A stretch of 64,000 nucleotides of DNA. It comes from the human T2T-CHM13v2.0 reference genome, Homo sapiens. Where the stretch lies: assembly GCF_009914755.1 (NCBI RefSeq), contig NC_060935.1; one strand, written 5' to 3'. This document shows, piece by piece, positions 48,903 to 62,084 of the stretch. Below the pieces are notes generated by a model. That model did no database searches, was not told where the DNA came from, and saw only the letters and a list, made by a program, of their open reading frames with translations. The position numbers and the translations under genes were made by a program. Numbering within the stretch: position 1 is the stretch's first letter; each line of letters opens with the position of its first letter.

Positions 48903-51468
48903 CAATGTCTCACTCTTATCACTGAGCACATTATATCAATATAGATATTAGTCACCAGTCATTCAAAAATTAACCAGAAAGTAGATATAAAAGGGGAGTA
49001 CATGCTATTGAAATGATCATCCTTACCAGGAAACCCCAGAAAGCAGTATTTCTCCTTGAACTCAACTCTTGAATTTCAATCTTCAAATGAAAGATTCCAA
49101 AGTCAACGGAGCAAAGATAAAAATCTTTGAGTCCCTTAAAAGAATCACTCACCATAAAATGCACAGAAAAATTGTCTCAAACCAGTTCCATGTAATCAAA
49201 TAATTCACAGAGATCCAGAATGTAATCATAACCTCTGATGGATAATGTAGTAATAAAGTCCTTTGGATATGAAGATGCAGTAATATAAGAAATGCCAATT
49301 AGTTTGCAGCAATTTTCCATATTCTGAATTCCAGTGCTCCGATTTTGGAAACCAAAGACGAAAGAGACTCTTAAGTGCTTATAAGTAGATTTACATATCA
49401 GAATTACAACCACCCTTCTGTAAGCATATTAAACATATATGTGATAAAATGGTCAAAATAACGGATTGGGAAGTTAAAGTACTGACTATCAAATCAAGAG
49501 TATGTAGTGTGATAGTGATAGTGATGGTGACAATGATGATGATGATAAAATATGTTATCTTTTATGAAACTGAGTTGACAGTAAAATTTCATATGCAACC
49601 TTACCTCAGGACTGAGCCTGTTGAAATAAAAATCAGTAAGAATACTGAATTTAGTACAGTGAATCTAAGAATATATGTCCTGACCACCATGAATAAGCAA
49701 AGACAGTTCCGAGACTTATGATTAATAAGTTTCTCAACTCAGAAGAGAAACAAGAAATTAAATATGTATAAACATGCCATCCTGATGATCAAGTTGAATA
49801 ATAAATCTCTGATACTGCTTCAATAAATTATGGTATTAAACCAAGTATTTGGGATTTCCAACTGTTCTAGTCCACAATGTGAAAATTCTGCCCAAAGGAA
49901 GACTTTTACACTGAATTGGAGCAGTTGAAAATTCCTATAGAGAATGATAGAAAAGTAAAAGTAAAATGATTTGTTGCACATACTTCCTTAGCAAGATAGT
50001 GTTTGGTGGTGGTGGTGGCGGGGGGTGTAATGAGCAGAGCCAAAGGATCCCTCTTCTTTGTTTCCCGTGTACAAGGAAAACAACATTGCTCAAATGGATG
50101 TGTTGCTAATATGATATGGCCCAAATGAGTAGTTAAACATGGCAAAGAACTACCCTAGTCTACATTTTAAGAAAAAATAAACAAAAAGATAATTTAACAT
50201 CTAATTTAGAGTTTCACATCTGCTAGCATTTTATGAGACACAGAAAGGCTTTAACAAAAGAAATGGAATGACTTCAACTAGCTGTATCTTTCACATAGTT
50301 CATCCATGCTAGATGACAGTCACGTAGGTTATAGATTTTCATCATACATACCTAGATGGTTGATAGGGGATACACAGAGAGACTAGATGTTTAGGACTAA
50401 TAAATACTACTGCATTCTGAGTGCAGTATTATAGGAATATTTTTTACATGCTATTGTTAGATCAAATGTCAGAGGAAAAGCCTAAAGAAAATAAGACCTT
50501 AAAGAGTGGTATAAGAAAAAATGAAAACAACTAAGGTGTAACAAATATAGGAGTGTCTTCTCAACTAAGGAAGGAATGAAAGTAAAAAAAAAAAATACCT
50601 TTCAAGGTCCAGGAAAAAATAGGAGTGATGAAAATAATTTTTCATGTTGAAATATGCAGTGGTTCCTAATGAGAACTGTAATGGAGCAATGTAACTGATG
50701 GGATAGGAACTTAGGAAGGTGGCTCTCTTAGTATGTGACAAAGAGGGCAAATGGCTACAGCCACTGGCAACCCGGGAAATCCCTAGGGAATGGGCCAGAT
50801 CAGATCCCACTTTATCTGTATAACTTTGGGAGAAACACTTTGATGCTCCCTCTGTGGAAACACGGGAATCTTCTTGATGCGACAGTCCAGCAGTTGTTAA
50901 AAGACTCCTCTATGTATCTCTGTTGAGTCTTAGTGGAATTTACCCTCAAACATACTCAGATGGTTGTTTCCTGTGTTCCTGGATACCTTTCCTTTATTCT
51001 CTGAGTTTTCAGGCTGAGCCTGGAAACCCCTTGTCTCTGTTTACCCCAAGCTTCTCCTAACCTTCACTACCTCGTTCATCTTCAATGATATTTCTCAGTG
51101 GAAAGTCTTTATTGCCTCCATTTGGTTCATAAAGATGAGGGTGTGTTCCTTCCACATTATCAATAACGTCTGCTGGTCCAAAGTAAGGAAATGAAAAGGG
51201 ACAGGTACAGATAAGGATCGAGGAAAATTCACCAATGTCTCCTCCAGATTTCGTTTGGGGGCTGAGATCCTGACAGGCAGCTAGGTCCCCATCTGGATTA
51301 TTTGTTGTTTGGCATTATCCAAACAACTGCAACAGATAAATTCTACTCTGTAACTCTTCAGAGTGAGTCCTGAACCAGTGCTAGTTCCTAGGATTATATG
51401 CCCAAAGAGCTGACATCATCTTCAAATTTAAGGCTAAGGTAAAAATGTGGAAAACTTCAGAAGCATTA

Positions 51469-51792
<324 letters not shown>

Positions 51793-54700
51793 CCCAGTGT
51801 AGAAAAATGAAGGGCTTATTCATTGTTGAGATCACCATCCTGTGAAATCACTGAATGATTTTTTTTTCCAAGCCCATAAATAGTTTTCTCAAGATTGTGA
51901 CCAGTATTTCTGATCTTAGCTAAGGTTAGAAGAAGAAACAGGCATGTATACTGGGAGTTGTTTGGTTTATAAAATAAAATCTGATATTGTGAATCATAAT
52001 AGTTTATTGATATGTTACAAAGCTGACTTTGCTCAGTTTTTTTTTTTTAAGAGCAAGAAAGCTTTCAAAAATATAAATGAGGTGATTTAAATCTGCTTTT
52101 CTGAAAAAAAAAGGGTTGGACAAGAAAATCTTAAAACTTATTTGGTCTATTAATTCTATCCTGTTTTTCCTTTAGCTTCACAATGTCTACTCTAATACAA
52201 AAGGTTAGTAAAGTATAAAAATCCATTTATAAGAAAAATGAATTAAAACTGCTGCTAACCAGAGAATATACTTATGCATGGTCCACTAAACAGGCACATT
52301 TAGTAAAAACTGCCTGCAGCCATTAATGAAAATAACCAAAGATATTTCTAAGGAGGTGCATATAGATGAAAACCTGAATGAAAATCACATAGAGGGAAAT
52401 ACTAGAAAACAGTAATGAAATGTCAAGGTTCTTCTCAGCTAACCTCAAATCTATAAGAGTGCTAATTATAAACATTACGCCTACAACATTTAACAAAAAT
52501 CAGCAATATCAAGATGAGTCACATTAATTACAACAAAAGAGGAGTCTTAAAGCTGATCCAGTATGTGAAATCTCACTCTAAGACCCTTTAAAATAATTAG
52601 GTTCTCCTGTTCCTGGAATCTTAAGAACGAACACTAATCTTAGAAGGACAGGACTGTGATAATATTAGCTACTATTACCAGTAACTATATTAATCTTAAA
52701 GAAGTGTATTCTCTGTCTCATTCATCTCCTCTTATGAATAGTAGTATAAAGAGAGTCCTACGGTATGTTCTGGAGAAAGAAACAAAATCGTCACAAGTGG
52801 AAGGAATGAATGAATATCCTTAAAGGCAACAAATGCATACAAAATATCATAGGAGAGTCTTCAGATTTTACATGGATAAGATCATGAGCATAATAGTAAC
52901 TATAGAATAGCATAGACAACATTAACAAGTACCCGCCTCCATATCTTATAATTATGCTGAAGTTTTTACTGAATGTATCAAATAACTAATAGACACATGC
53001 ACTAAAATGAGCATCTTCAACCTATCAAGAAGTTTGACAGCTGTGTAAGTACGCATGGAGTCCTTTTCAGAGAACTGAAGATAGCAACGAAGATGCTACT
53101 GTCATTCTTCATTCATTGTAATATCTGAAAACTCTAAACCTTACGAGAAACGTTGGAATATACGAGTATCAGTGGAAATTGTCAGATTTTGGAAAATGAA
53201 GGACTCAAACACTGATGACAACAATTTTACTCTGTCAAGGAATCCTAGAGTAAATTAAATGGAAAGAATATTAAGTGAATGAATAATATCTACAGAAAGA
53301 ATATCTACTACTTTTTATACTTGAAAGTGCTACTTTCAAGTATATTTAAGTTAATACTTCTATAAAATACAAGTAGGAACCTATTACTTCTAGAATAATC
53401 AGACCTCCAAAAGGATTACAGGCATAATGCCTCTCAAAATTCTAGTGCTGGCACACTGGCTCCCAAGCACATGGTGTATTCGGAGCCAAACTGATCCAAA
53501 GCAGTTGTTTTGAGAATAAATGTATCAGGCACCAGAAAATGACAGGCAGTAGTAACTGCTTGCCAATGGCTAGACATACTCCTGAAAACAAAAGATGTGT
53601 GCCTTTAGGAAAAAAAAAAATTTAAAACAAAAGCATTCGGTATTTAACTGAAAACAACCTAGACTGGAAGACACAAAGGTTGTAATTTTAAGACAGAATT
53701 GTAAGATTTATTCTGAATTCTAAGATTTTTGGTTCTTACTGAGTGCTTTGTAACCTGGGCAAGATGTCTAACATCTGTTATTATCATTTTACTTCTGTGA
53801 AAACAACATATAAATACGTAAAGGTATATGTAGTAAAATACTCTGAAAATTCAAAATGCCATAAATAGATTTTATTTTATGACTGTCACTTTTGTGGAAA
53901 TGCCATAAACGATGATGAGTCAAAGGGTGGATGAGTGGATAGTCAATTTGAAGTCTATGCTGCTAATGACTTACTCCAATAAGCAAAGAGCATTTTCAAA
54001 TACTCTGATACAAGCAGACAGACAGAAAACTTCAAATTTATGCTTGCGAATTTGGTACATCTGCAAAATACCAAAATAGTCATCCCACTAAAACCTCCCA
54101 TGCTTACTATTTCTACAGGTCTAATCTGGATTAAAACCACAATAGTGACAAATATGAATACGTGAAAGCCATCTATCATTAAACACAGACCAGATTAGAA
54201 ATTGTATGGACTGGTTTTAAACACATCTTTCTAAAATTGATACTCCTCTTGTCAAAAACATATATGTGAGCATTAGGGTTATGTTTTAGCTTAATGAATA
54301 AAAAAAATTTCCCTTCTACAGCTGTGTTGAAGTAAAGTAATGAGGCAGCAGCTCAATATGTACATCCATAAATACATATATGTGCACACATACCAAGCAA
54401 AAATGTCCTTCATATTTATCTTTCCTCTTTAATCTTCCTATCATTACACTGAAAAGCTGCAGTCTGCCGCCTCAAATAGACTTTGATTCATCATCTTCCC
54501 GAAGGTGTAAATCAGAGATCTTGCCTCATGCTATAGTGTATGTCCTTGAAAATTCAGTTTCAAGAATCCAAATCAGCTGGTGTTATGCAGTAGAGTAAGC
54601 TTGTCTAAAGGTGACTAATTCAGACCACCTTCAACATAGAAATATCTGCTGACTATATTAAAATTGAACATGGAAACCTGGCTACTAGGATTTTGCTGAA

Positions 54701-55366
54701 ACTCACAATCTGGTGATCATAAATGAAGACACTCAGCTCACTGGAGGTGTACCTAGCAGCCCGTCAACAGTTCTTTGCTTATTACCAGTTAAAGTGCTCT
54801 TAACTCTTTTATGTCCAATGACTGCAATTTGTGGCAAAGTATATGTTCATGGAGTATGATTTTTTTACAGCATAATCTAGAGTATAAGCAATAAACAAGG
54901 CCGTAAGTCAAGCCAATGAAAAGGAGATCAACAATATTAAAACGAGGATGTAACTCAGAAGGAAAAATCATTACGTGGATTTCATAACTGAGCTCTGCCA
55001 TGGGGTATAGATTTGGTAGCCCATCTCCCCTTCTCCTGCACACAAGGAAGAAAAAAATCCCGGTAGTTAGAAGTAATAACATTTCATGTGGTGAGTGATT
55101 CATTTGAGGGCTCTAAATTCTCTTGATCTTTGCTTCTGAAGCTTGAGGGTTGAAACCCAAGAGCAGGTGGAATCTATAAAGACTGCTGATTGCCATTCCT
55201 TACAGCATTTGGTAAAATAGGCTATTTTTAAAATTCAGCAAGATGGGCGGTGATTCTTCCTGAAACAAGTTTGAACAGGAGAATTCACCATTAACCTTTT
55301 CCTTGCTGCTGTAAAAGGGCCATCTCTATTCCATTTCCCCGGGTAAGCCCCACATGCGTTTCTTAC

Positions 55367-55519
55367 CCAGGACTGTGATGGTGGTGTAACTTTCCTGTGG
55401 GGGATCGGTATAGAGCTGGCAAAAGTATCTTCCTTCATCAGAAATTGAGACGTTTGTCAATGATACTTTGAGTTCACTGCTAGAAAAATTCAGCAACTGA
55501 AACCTGCTGTCCTTCAAAG
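55367..55519 (-). CDS. CADM1: CADM1 exon 3 (153 nt), C-terminal half of Ig1: [51 protein letters not shown]
   Basis: tttcacag|CTTTGAAG ... GTCCTGG|gtaaga; ORF 55326..55517; Ig D-x-G-x-Y-x-C motif (DEGRYFC). Confidence 0.98.
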
Positions 55520-55692
55520 CTGTGAAACAAAACAGAGAGTTAGTGATTGTGAGAAGGTGGACGGACAGTCTATTTTCCTTAATTATTTATTACATCTTGC
55601 TGTATCTGATACTTCTTGACTTACTATTTTGGGTGTTTGCAGTAACTTCATGTAGACAAATAACCTTGTCCAAAGGAAACTTACACATATCA

Positions 55693-55770
55693 GTGTATGT
55701 GTGAGTGTGTGTGTATGTGTGCGTGTGCATATATATATATATGCACACATATATATATATGCACACACAC
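55693..55770. repeat. (TG)n/(TA)n/(CA)n compound repeat containing a 26-bp perfect palindrome (55723-55748)
   Basis: gtgtgc(at)7gcacac. Confidence 0.9.
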
Positions 55771-55920
55771 CCAGCTACGCACCCTTCTAACTTGGCACAA
55801 TTCCAAATGCTGTCAGTTTTCAGCACTTACTCATACATGTTTTCAGGTTTTATACTAGAGATAGACAAAAAGAAAACAAAGGGAAAAAGCAGGTCATGAG
55901 TCCCCTGAAGCAGGGAGTGC

Positions 55921-56220
55921 CAGGGCCCCCTAGCCTTTGGGCACTGGAAGTTCAGGGACTAGGGCCTACAGCCTTTTAAAATGCCTCAAAAATTGTAAGT
56001 AAGGCCTTCAAAAAACAAGGGTTTCAAATTATGAAACAGAACTAAAAAAGCCTTCATATTAATTACAAAAGCAACATGAAAAATTATTTTAAAAACTTAT
56101 AATCTAATAGCAAAATAAACCTAATCAACTTGGATGCACCTTAACATATTTGACGTGATTTGAGGTGGAGCTGCCAAAAGTGGATGACCTCGAGCCTACG
56201 GAGGCCTTAAACTGGTCCTG
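55921..56220 (+). mobile_element. Degraded hAT-Tip100-type MITE (MER96-like)
   Basis: cagggcc...tagggcctaca at the left end and gagcctacggaggccttaaactggtcctg at the right end resemble cagggcc/ggccctg TIRs. Confidence 0.4.
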
Positions 56221-57140
56221 TGGTTTCCTAAGTACATTTGGCTTCACAGTATGAAACTGATTAAGCATTAAGCAGGAAATCAAAATCACTGCAAAACTGA
56301 TACATGTGGGCCTCTTATTTAGTTCAAATGTTCTCTTTCAAAATCCTTTCTTAATTTTGGCAAAGACTAACTTAGTATATGACAAAAATTAACTTTAAGA
56401 AAAGAAGCTGGCTTATTTCCTTTTATCTTTCCTCAACCTTTTAAATGTTCCTTAGGTTTATCAACGTTTTCCACAGGTCATGAATGACCCTGAGGTATTG
56501 GGGAGGAAGGGGACAAGCAGCTGGGAAGAGACATGCTTCGCTTTGGTTAGGCACCGATGCTCTCCAATAACAGTTTTTGGTTTTTTTTTTTTTCAAAAGA
56601 TTTGATTCTTGCTCTTACTAAGCCCTGACACTGATATGAACCATTTCTATTCTATACAAGTCCATTGCAATTTTGTTTTTTGTGATATTACATTTGGAAA
56701 GATTTCAGCATGTGGACACTTCTATATGCCAAAGGCTATGATGAGAGAAGACTTGGTTTTATGCTTATAGGCATTTATTGCCTTGGAAACTTCAATCTTC
56801 AAACCAAAGGGATTACCTTTCAGAATGCTGTATTTTCCTTGCCTTACCCTGTTGAGTTGTTTGTGTCAGCTAAGTATTTGGGACTCGATTGCAATTCACC
56901 TTGAATTACTACAATCAATTTCTATTGCAAAGTAAGACTGCCTTACTTTTAAAAGGGGCCATTCAAGGTTTCTATTAAGTAGAAAGATTATGATTGCCTG
57001 TCTCTTCTTCCCTCTAAAGAACTGACTAAACTTTAAGCATCTAACATTAAATTTAAAAAAGGTGGCCTTAGCAATCTCTTTATCAAGACAACATGTAGGT
57101 AAAAAAGTTGCCATCTACAACTATAGAGATGGAAACTTAC

Positions 57141-57287
57141 GCCTGAAGTCCCTGAAATAAATGGTCTGCCTGTTGGGATTCAGTAGCTGAATCACAGAGT
57201 CGTCACTCTTATTGACTTGGCAACTGATGGTCGCAACCTCTCCCTCGATCACTGTCACGTCTTTCGTAAACAGATTCTGCCCATCAC
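57141..57287 (-). CDS. CADM1: CADM1 exon 2 (147 nt), N-terminal half of Ig1 (V-set): [49 protein letters not shown]
   Basis: ttttttaag|GTGATGGG ... TTCAGGC|gtaagt; phase 1-1; Cys of the Ig fold; NKS sequon. Not listed in the ORF track, read by hand. Confidence 0.98.
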
Positions 57288-58349
57288 CTTAAAAAAAGGG
57301 AAGAAAAGGTCAGAGGAAAATTTCCATCAATTAAAATGTGATCAGTGGGATCTATTAAAGTGGGAACTAGGCATATTAGAAAATGAACACAAGTAGCAAC
57401 ATTTAGCATGGCTCTAATACCTTTCTTTGTAGTCTACAAAACGAGTCTGTTAATCGAAGACAGATCAAGGGACAAAATACAACTAAGCCTGGAATCATCA
57501 TACTCTCAAAAGCTGTGGTACAAAAGGTTTCAGCCTCTAGTACTTTGTACTAGTTGAGTAGTATATTGAGGAGGTATTGGAAAGGTCAGAGTACCAGCTT
57601 TTGTGAATGCTGAATCTCTCACAAATGGAGTAGGGAAGATAGACACAGCCAACTTTAGCTTACCTGCCCTTGAGCTAAGCTATTTGGTCAGCCTCACAGA
57701 AACTCAAGGAGCCACTTAATAGAAGTAGGTAGGAGGGTTCAATAAATAATCTCGTCTTGTTAGTTGATGTTGACAGTCCCAATGTATAGGCAGTTCATCG
57801 TGTGTGAGTGAGTGACTCTTTGGGATCTCGATGAAATCCTGGGAAGGCTTAGGGTTCGGAGTTTGTTACTCTGCTCTCCGAAACTCACACCTTCATGATT
57901 CACCCAAAGCCCCAGGCATCTCTGAACTGACACCCCTATCTGCAAATCACCCCCCATCCCCTGCCAGCCATTTAGAAAATCTCCCTCAGAACATGTCAAA
58001 AAGTCGAGGCTTTCAGATTCACTGATATATAAGGATTATCTTCAGATCTGCCCTAGTTTGTTGCTTCTAAGATTAGTGACGGCAGCCTGGGCCACCTCAT
58101 AAATGTCCTAAATGATCCACCGTACAGGTAGGAGGAGAAGTGAGTTCAACTCAGAACCAAAGGATGAAGTAATTCTCCAGTGTTCAATGTCACACCTGGC
58201 ATAGTAGGGGATACAGAAGTATATGTTGTCCTAGCCTTTAAGAAGCTGCCACGTGGGTGAAAACCGATACCTTATCCCTACTTACAGAACAAAAAGTGTG
58301 GTATAGGCAGTAGATGTAATGGTCAATTGGGAAGGGGAGAGAGAGAGAC

Positions 58350-58545
58350 TGCTTTTTAGCTGTGTGATCTCTGGAAAATTAATTAAAGTCCCTGAGCCAG
58401 TTTCCCATCTGAAGAATGGGGATAGTAATTAAAAGCTATCTCACAGGGCTGATGGGGGGATGAAAAAGGATAATAAATATAAAGCATTTAGCACTGTGTC
58501 TAGTTTCTCATAAAAGTGAATAAATGGCAGCTGCTGCTATCATCA
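58350..58545 (+). mobile_element. MIR/MIRb SINE
   Basis: agctgtgtgatct...ctgagccagtttcccatctgaagaatggggatagtaat...taaagcatttagcactgtg...taaatggcagctgct. Confidence 0.8.
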
Positions 58546-61334
58546 TCATCGTCATCATTTCTCTAGACATCAAATACAAAGATTTATTAAGCCATTATGC
58601 ATTGGGAGTAGTGTGGATCCAAGAATAAGGCTCCTGCTCTCAAGGACCTCCCTATGCAGCTGTTTTACACCAACTCGGGGCAGATTATTTGCTCCTTAAA
58701 AAAATGTTCCCACATAAAGAAACAAAGGTCAAAGATAAATACTCATCTAAAGAAAATTTGAGACAGTATAAATAGAGATGCAATTAGAATAAATGGAAGG
58801 TTTCTACCTGCTATCATATTTCTGTTGAAGGATCCTTTTTTTTTTTTTTTCCTTTGCTAGGACACACTGGGAAAGTGTGAGAGGGGTGGCTAAGATGGCT
58901 CTAAGCCAAATCCACCTAGAAATAGACCAGCCCCTGGCAGAGGATTAGAAAAGAGGAAACTAAAAGGATAAGGAAAAAAAATTATTAGAGCCACAGATAG
59001 ACAAAAATTTCTGATGCTTGAGGAGCAGACCAAAATGAAACCCAACCTCGAGCTCTAGGATCCAGGGAATTAACCCAGGTGTGAGAATGCAGGCCCACCG
59101 GGCTTGCAGTGAGAGGGTAAATTCCCGAAAGCTTGATCCAGCAGTGGAGGCTTAGTATGCCGAACAGTGTTACAGAATAACAACAAAGAGAAAAGGTGAT
59201 CAGAAAAAAAAAAAAAAAAAAATGAACAGATGCTTATTTTTTCCTTAGTGCATTACTGTGACAAACACAGAATTCAGAACCCAGCTGGAGAAAGTTTATT
59301 CCCAGATTGGAGAAAAGAAAAAGGAGAAGAAAATTTCTACCAATCAAGTGAGGTTTTCAAGGTGGTTTTGCTGGCCCTGGCAAAAGTGTGTACAGAAAAG
59401 CTACCACTCTCACAGCCTCAGGTAATGCGCAATCTACTAAGAAAATTAAGAAAAAATTTAATTGTGTGATTCAAGGGCTATAACTGTCTTAAGGCATAGG
59501 ACTTGCTTTGAGTAGACAAGAATACCAAACACGGTCTTACTGGGTTATGGGAGGGATTTCTTCTATCAAAGGAAGTATATTAGCAACATAAATAATCTTC
59601 AGTTTACAAAAGGTACATGTGGAAAGGCCTGGTGACGGGCATTAATCCTTTCAACATAAACCAAGGCCTTACAAATCCTGACTACTATCTTGCAGCCACT
59701 GGGACTTAAAGCCAGTTGCAATTCAATTATGCTTTAACAGAATAGTTCCTGTGGAAATAACTGTATGCTTTAATTTTAGCTCTTTATTGAAATCCTAAGG
59801 CTAGCATATTCTGAGAGTAGAATACTCCACTCATATTAAGGCTACAGAACATGTATATAGGGGATGGGAAAAGAGGCATGTTGTCCATGATTTTGTCTTT
59901 TAAGCAATGACAACAATAAAACAGAGTGAGGTTTTGTTTGTTTTCTAGAAACATTCTTAATCACTTATAATTGAGTACTATAAGGCCAGACTATTTTAAT
60001 GTGTCACTACTGAGTGAATCATTCAGGTAAAATTTTTCCATCTGCAAATGTTTGCCCTTGCTGTGCTCTGGCACATAATGCGCTCTGCAAACCCATGGTG
60101 GTATCATCATCATGACTGTATTATTTTCTAAAATTGCTAAGGCTAACCTAAAATCCAGTGTCTCAGAAAATGCCAATTCCTAGCTATGTTAACATGGTTA
60201 TAATACTAATGCTAAAAAATTATAAGTGATCATGAAATATTTTGCTGAAAGATATCAAAGGGCCTTGTCTGATGGTGGTGGCCCAAGGATGTCATTCTGT
60301 AAATATCACCAATAAATTATATGGGTCAGCTGGACGGCAGTTATGTTACACAGAGCTCCACACTTTAAGGCACCATAAGATGGCTGCAAAGGAATAATAA
60401 TGACCTATTTATTTGAGGCAAAGGAAGTGAATGACAGTGATGAAAATACGGTATGTATGTCAGTACTCTTAACTGCCTGAAGCCTTTATGTAAAAATAAT
60501 TTCTGCTCACATCCTCAAATATTTCTTCCAAACAGAAGAGTGCACTGTGACTTGATAAATTTCCCCTTGAAATAGATATCATGACAATTAGGTAGCTACA
60601 AAACACAATTTGATGTGTAGCAGAAGGGTACAAACAGGCAACTTTGGTGCCTTTCTTCAAGAATCCATTTTTAAAACCTTTCTGATTTTCTAAAACTCAA
60701 TTAGCAGATATAATGTCAAGGCAGAAACAGGACATGTTCTGGGCAAAAGAAATCAAATAGGTACAACATACTGTAGCCATTAAATAAGGCTGTTAACAGG
60801 AAGGTGATTTATTTTAAGGGTGGAACAATATCTGGCATTTATAGACTAATCGGTGTATATGGGTGAGGTTTAGAAGACAGAATCCAACTGGATTTTTATT
60901 TGTATCAGCAACTATATTCCCTATAACTCCCCGATTTGCCAGACGATTCCTAAAAATAAAACTATGGCACTGGAGAGTCCCATTCGCTTACAATCAAGCT
61001 TCCTGTAGTAAACTAGAAGTTGTTAGGGCACTCATCACAATGAAGAGAAAGCTTATTGTCTAAAGAAAGATAAAATATATTTTTATGATTAGTAATGACC
61101 ATGATAGCAGAGTTGTTGGGGTGGGGGTGCAGCGGGCACATAAATCCCCTACTAATTCAATCTTCAATTAACATAGTTTACAAATGCTTTCCTAAAACCT
61201 CATTTTGTTATAAACTCCATTTCAGTGACATTACATAAAACACTTGCCTGGATTGGAATCTATTCAGTCAACAATATGGCCACCGTAGGGAGGTGACAAG
61301 GCAAATCTTAAATGAGACATGAGGAAGGGAACAA

Positions 61335-61530
61335 ATGTTTATCCAGGGCTGGGCACTGTGCAGGATGCTTTACATACTTTTCTCTCTCAAACTCCTGGAG
61401 TTTTCAGTATCCCCGCTTTAGAGATGAAAAACCTGAGACAGAGCGATTTAAATAAACTGCCTGATGTCATTCAGCTAAGTGGCCAAGCTGATGCTTGAAC
61501 CCGGTTCTATCAGATTCTCCGGCCCACACA
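61335..61530 (-). mobile_element. MIR SINE
   Basis: gggcactgtgcaggatgctttacat...tttagagatgaaaaacctgagacagag...tgcctgatgtcattcagctaagtggc...ttgaaccc. Confidence 0.75.
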
Positions 61531-62049
61531 GCTTGCACTCTTTACCAGCCAGCATCAGGCTTTGATGCCAAGGTTCATACTGGCTCTGCCTTGGAAAATG
61601 TACTTGTTTTTAAAGAGGGTTGTTTGCCTATGAGCAACTTCTGATTTTTTTTATTTCCATATTTTATCCAGAACACAATTACACACTTTAAGATGAGAGA
61701 GAAACTGTCCTGAATGTAAAAGACCTTGTTTACTACTGCTTCCTTCTTTCAGTGCTCGGCACTCTGCCCCTAGAGAAAGCCTTTATTACCAGTGCATGGC
61801 GGCCTTTTGCCAGCACCACAAGCTCTCGCCCCCGCTGCCTGGCTGTTCATCAATAAAGCACTTCATTTACACCGGGGGAGTCTCTCTAGTCAAGACTATA
61901 ATAAAAGGGCAAGTCATAGTTAAAACAGAATTGAGTTTATACTATGGCAACTACGTAAACTGTTACTGACATAGAGAAGGAGCACCAGCGACTCTTCACA
62001 GGGAAGACAGTTTGCCCAGAGAAAGGGCAAATACAGTCCCTTGTAGCAA

Positions 62050-62084
62050 AATCATATTAGGAAAACTAATCATATTAGGAAAAC
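62050..62084. repeat. Tandem duplication of 17 bp
   Basis: aatcatattaggaaaac-t-aatcatattaggaaaac. Confidence 0.9.
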
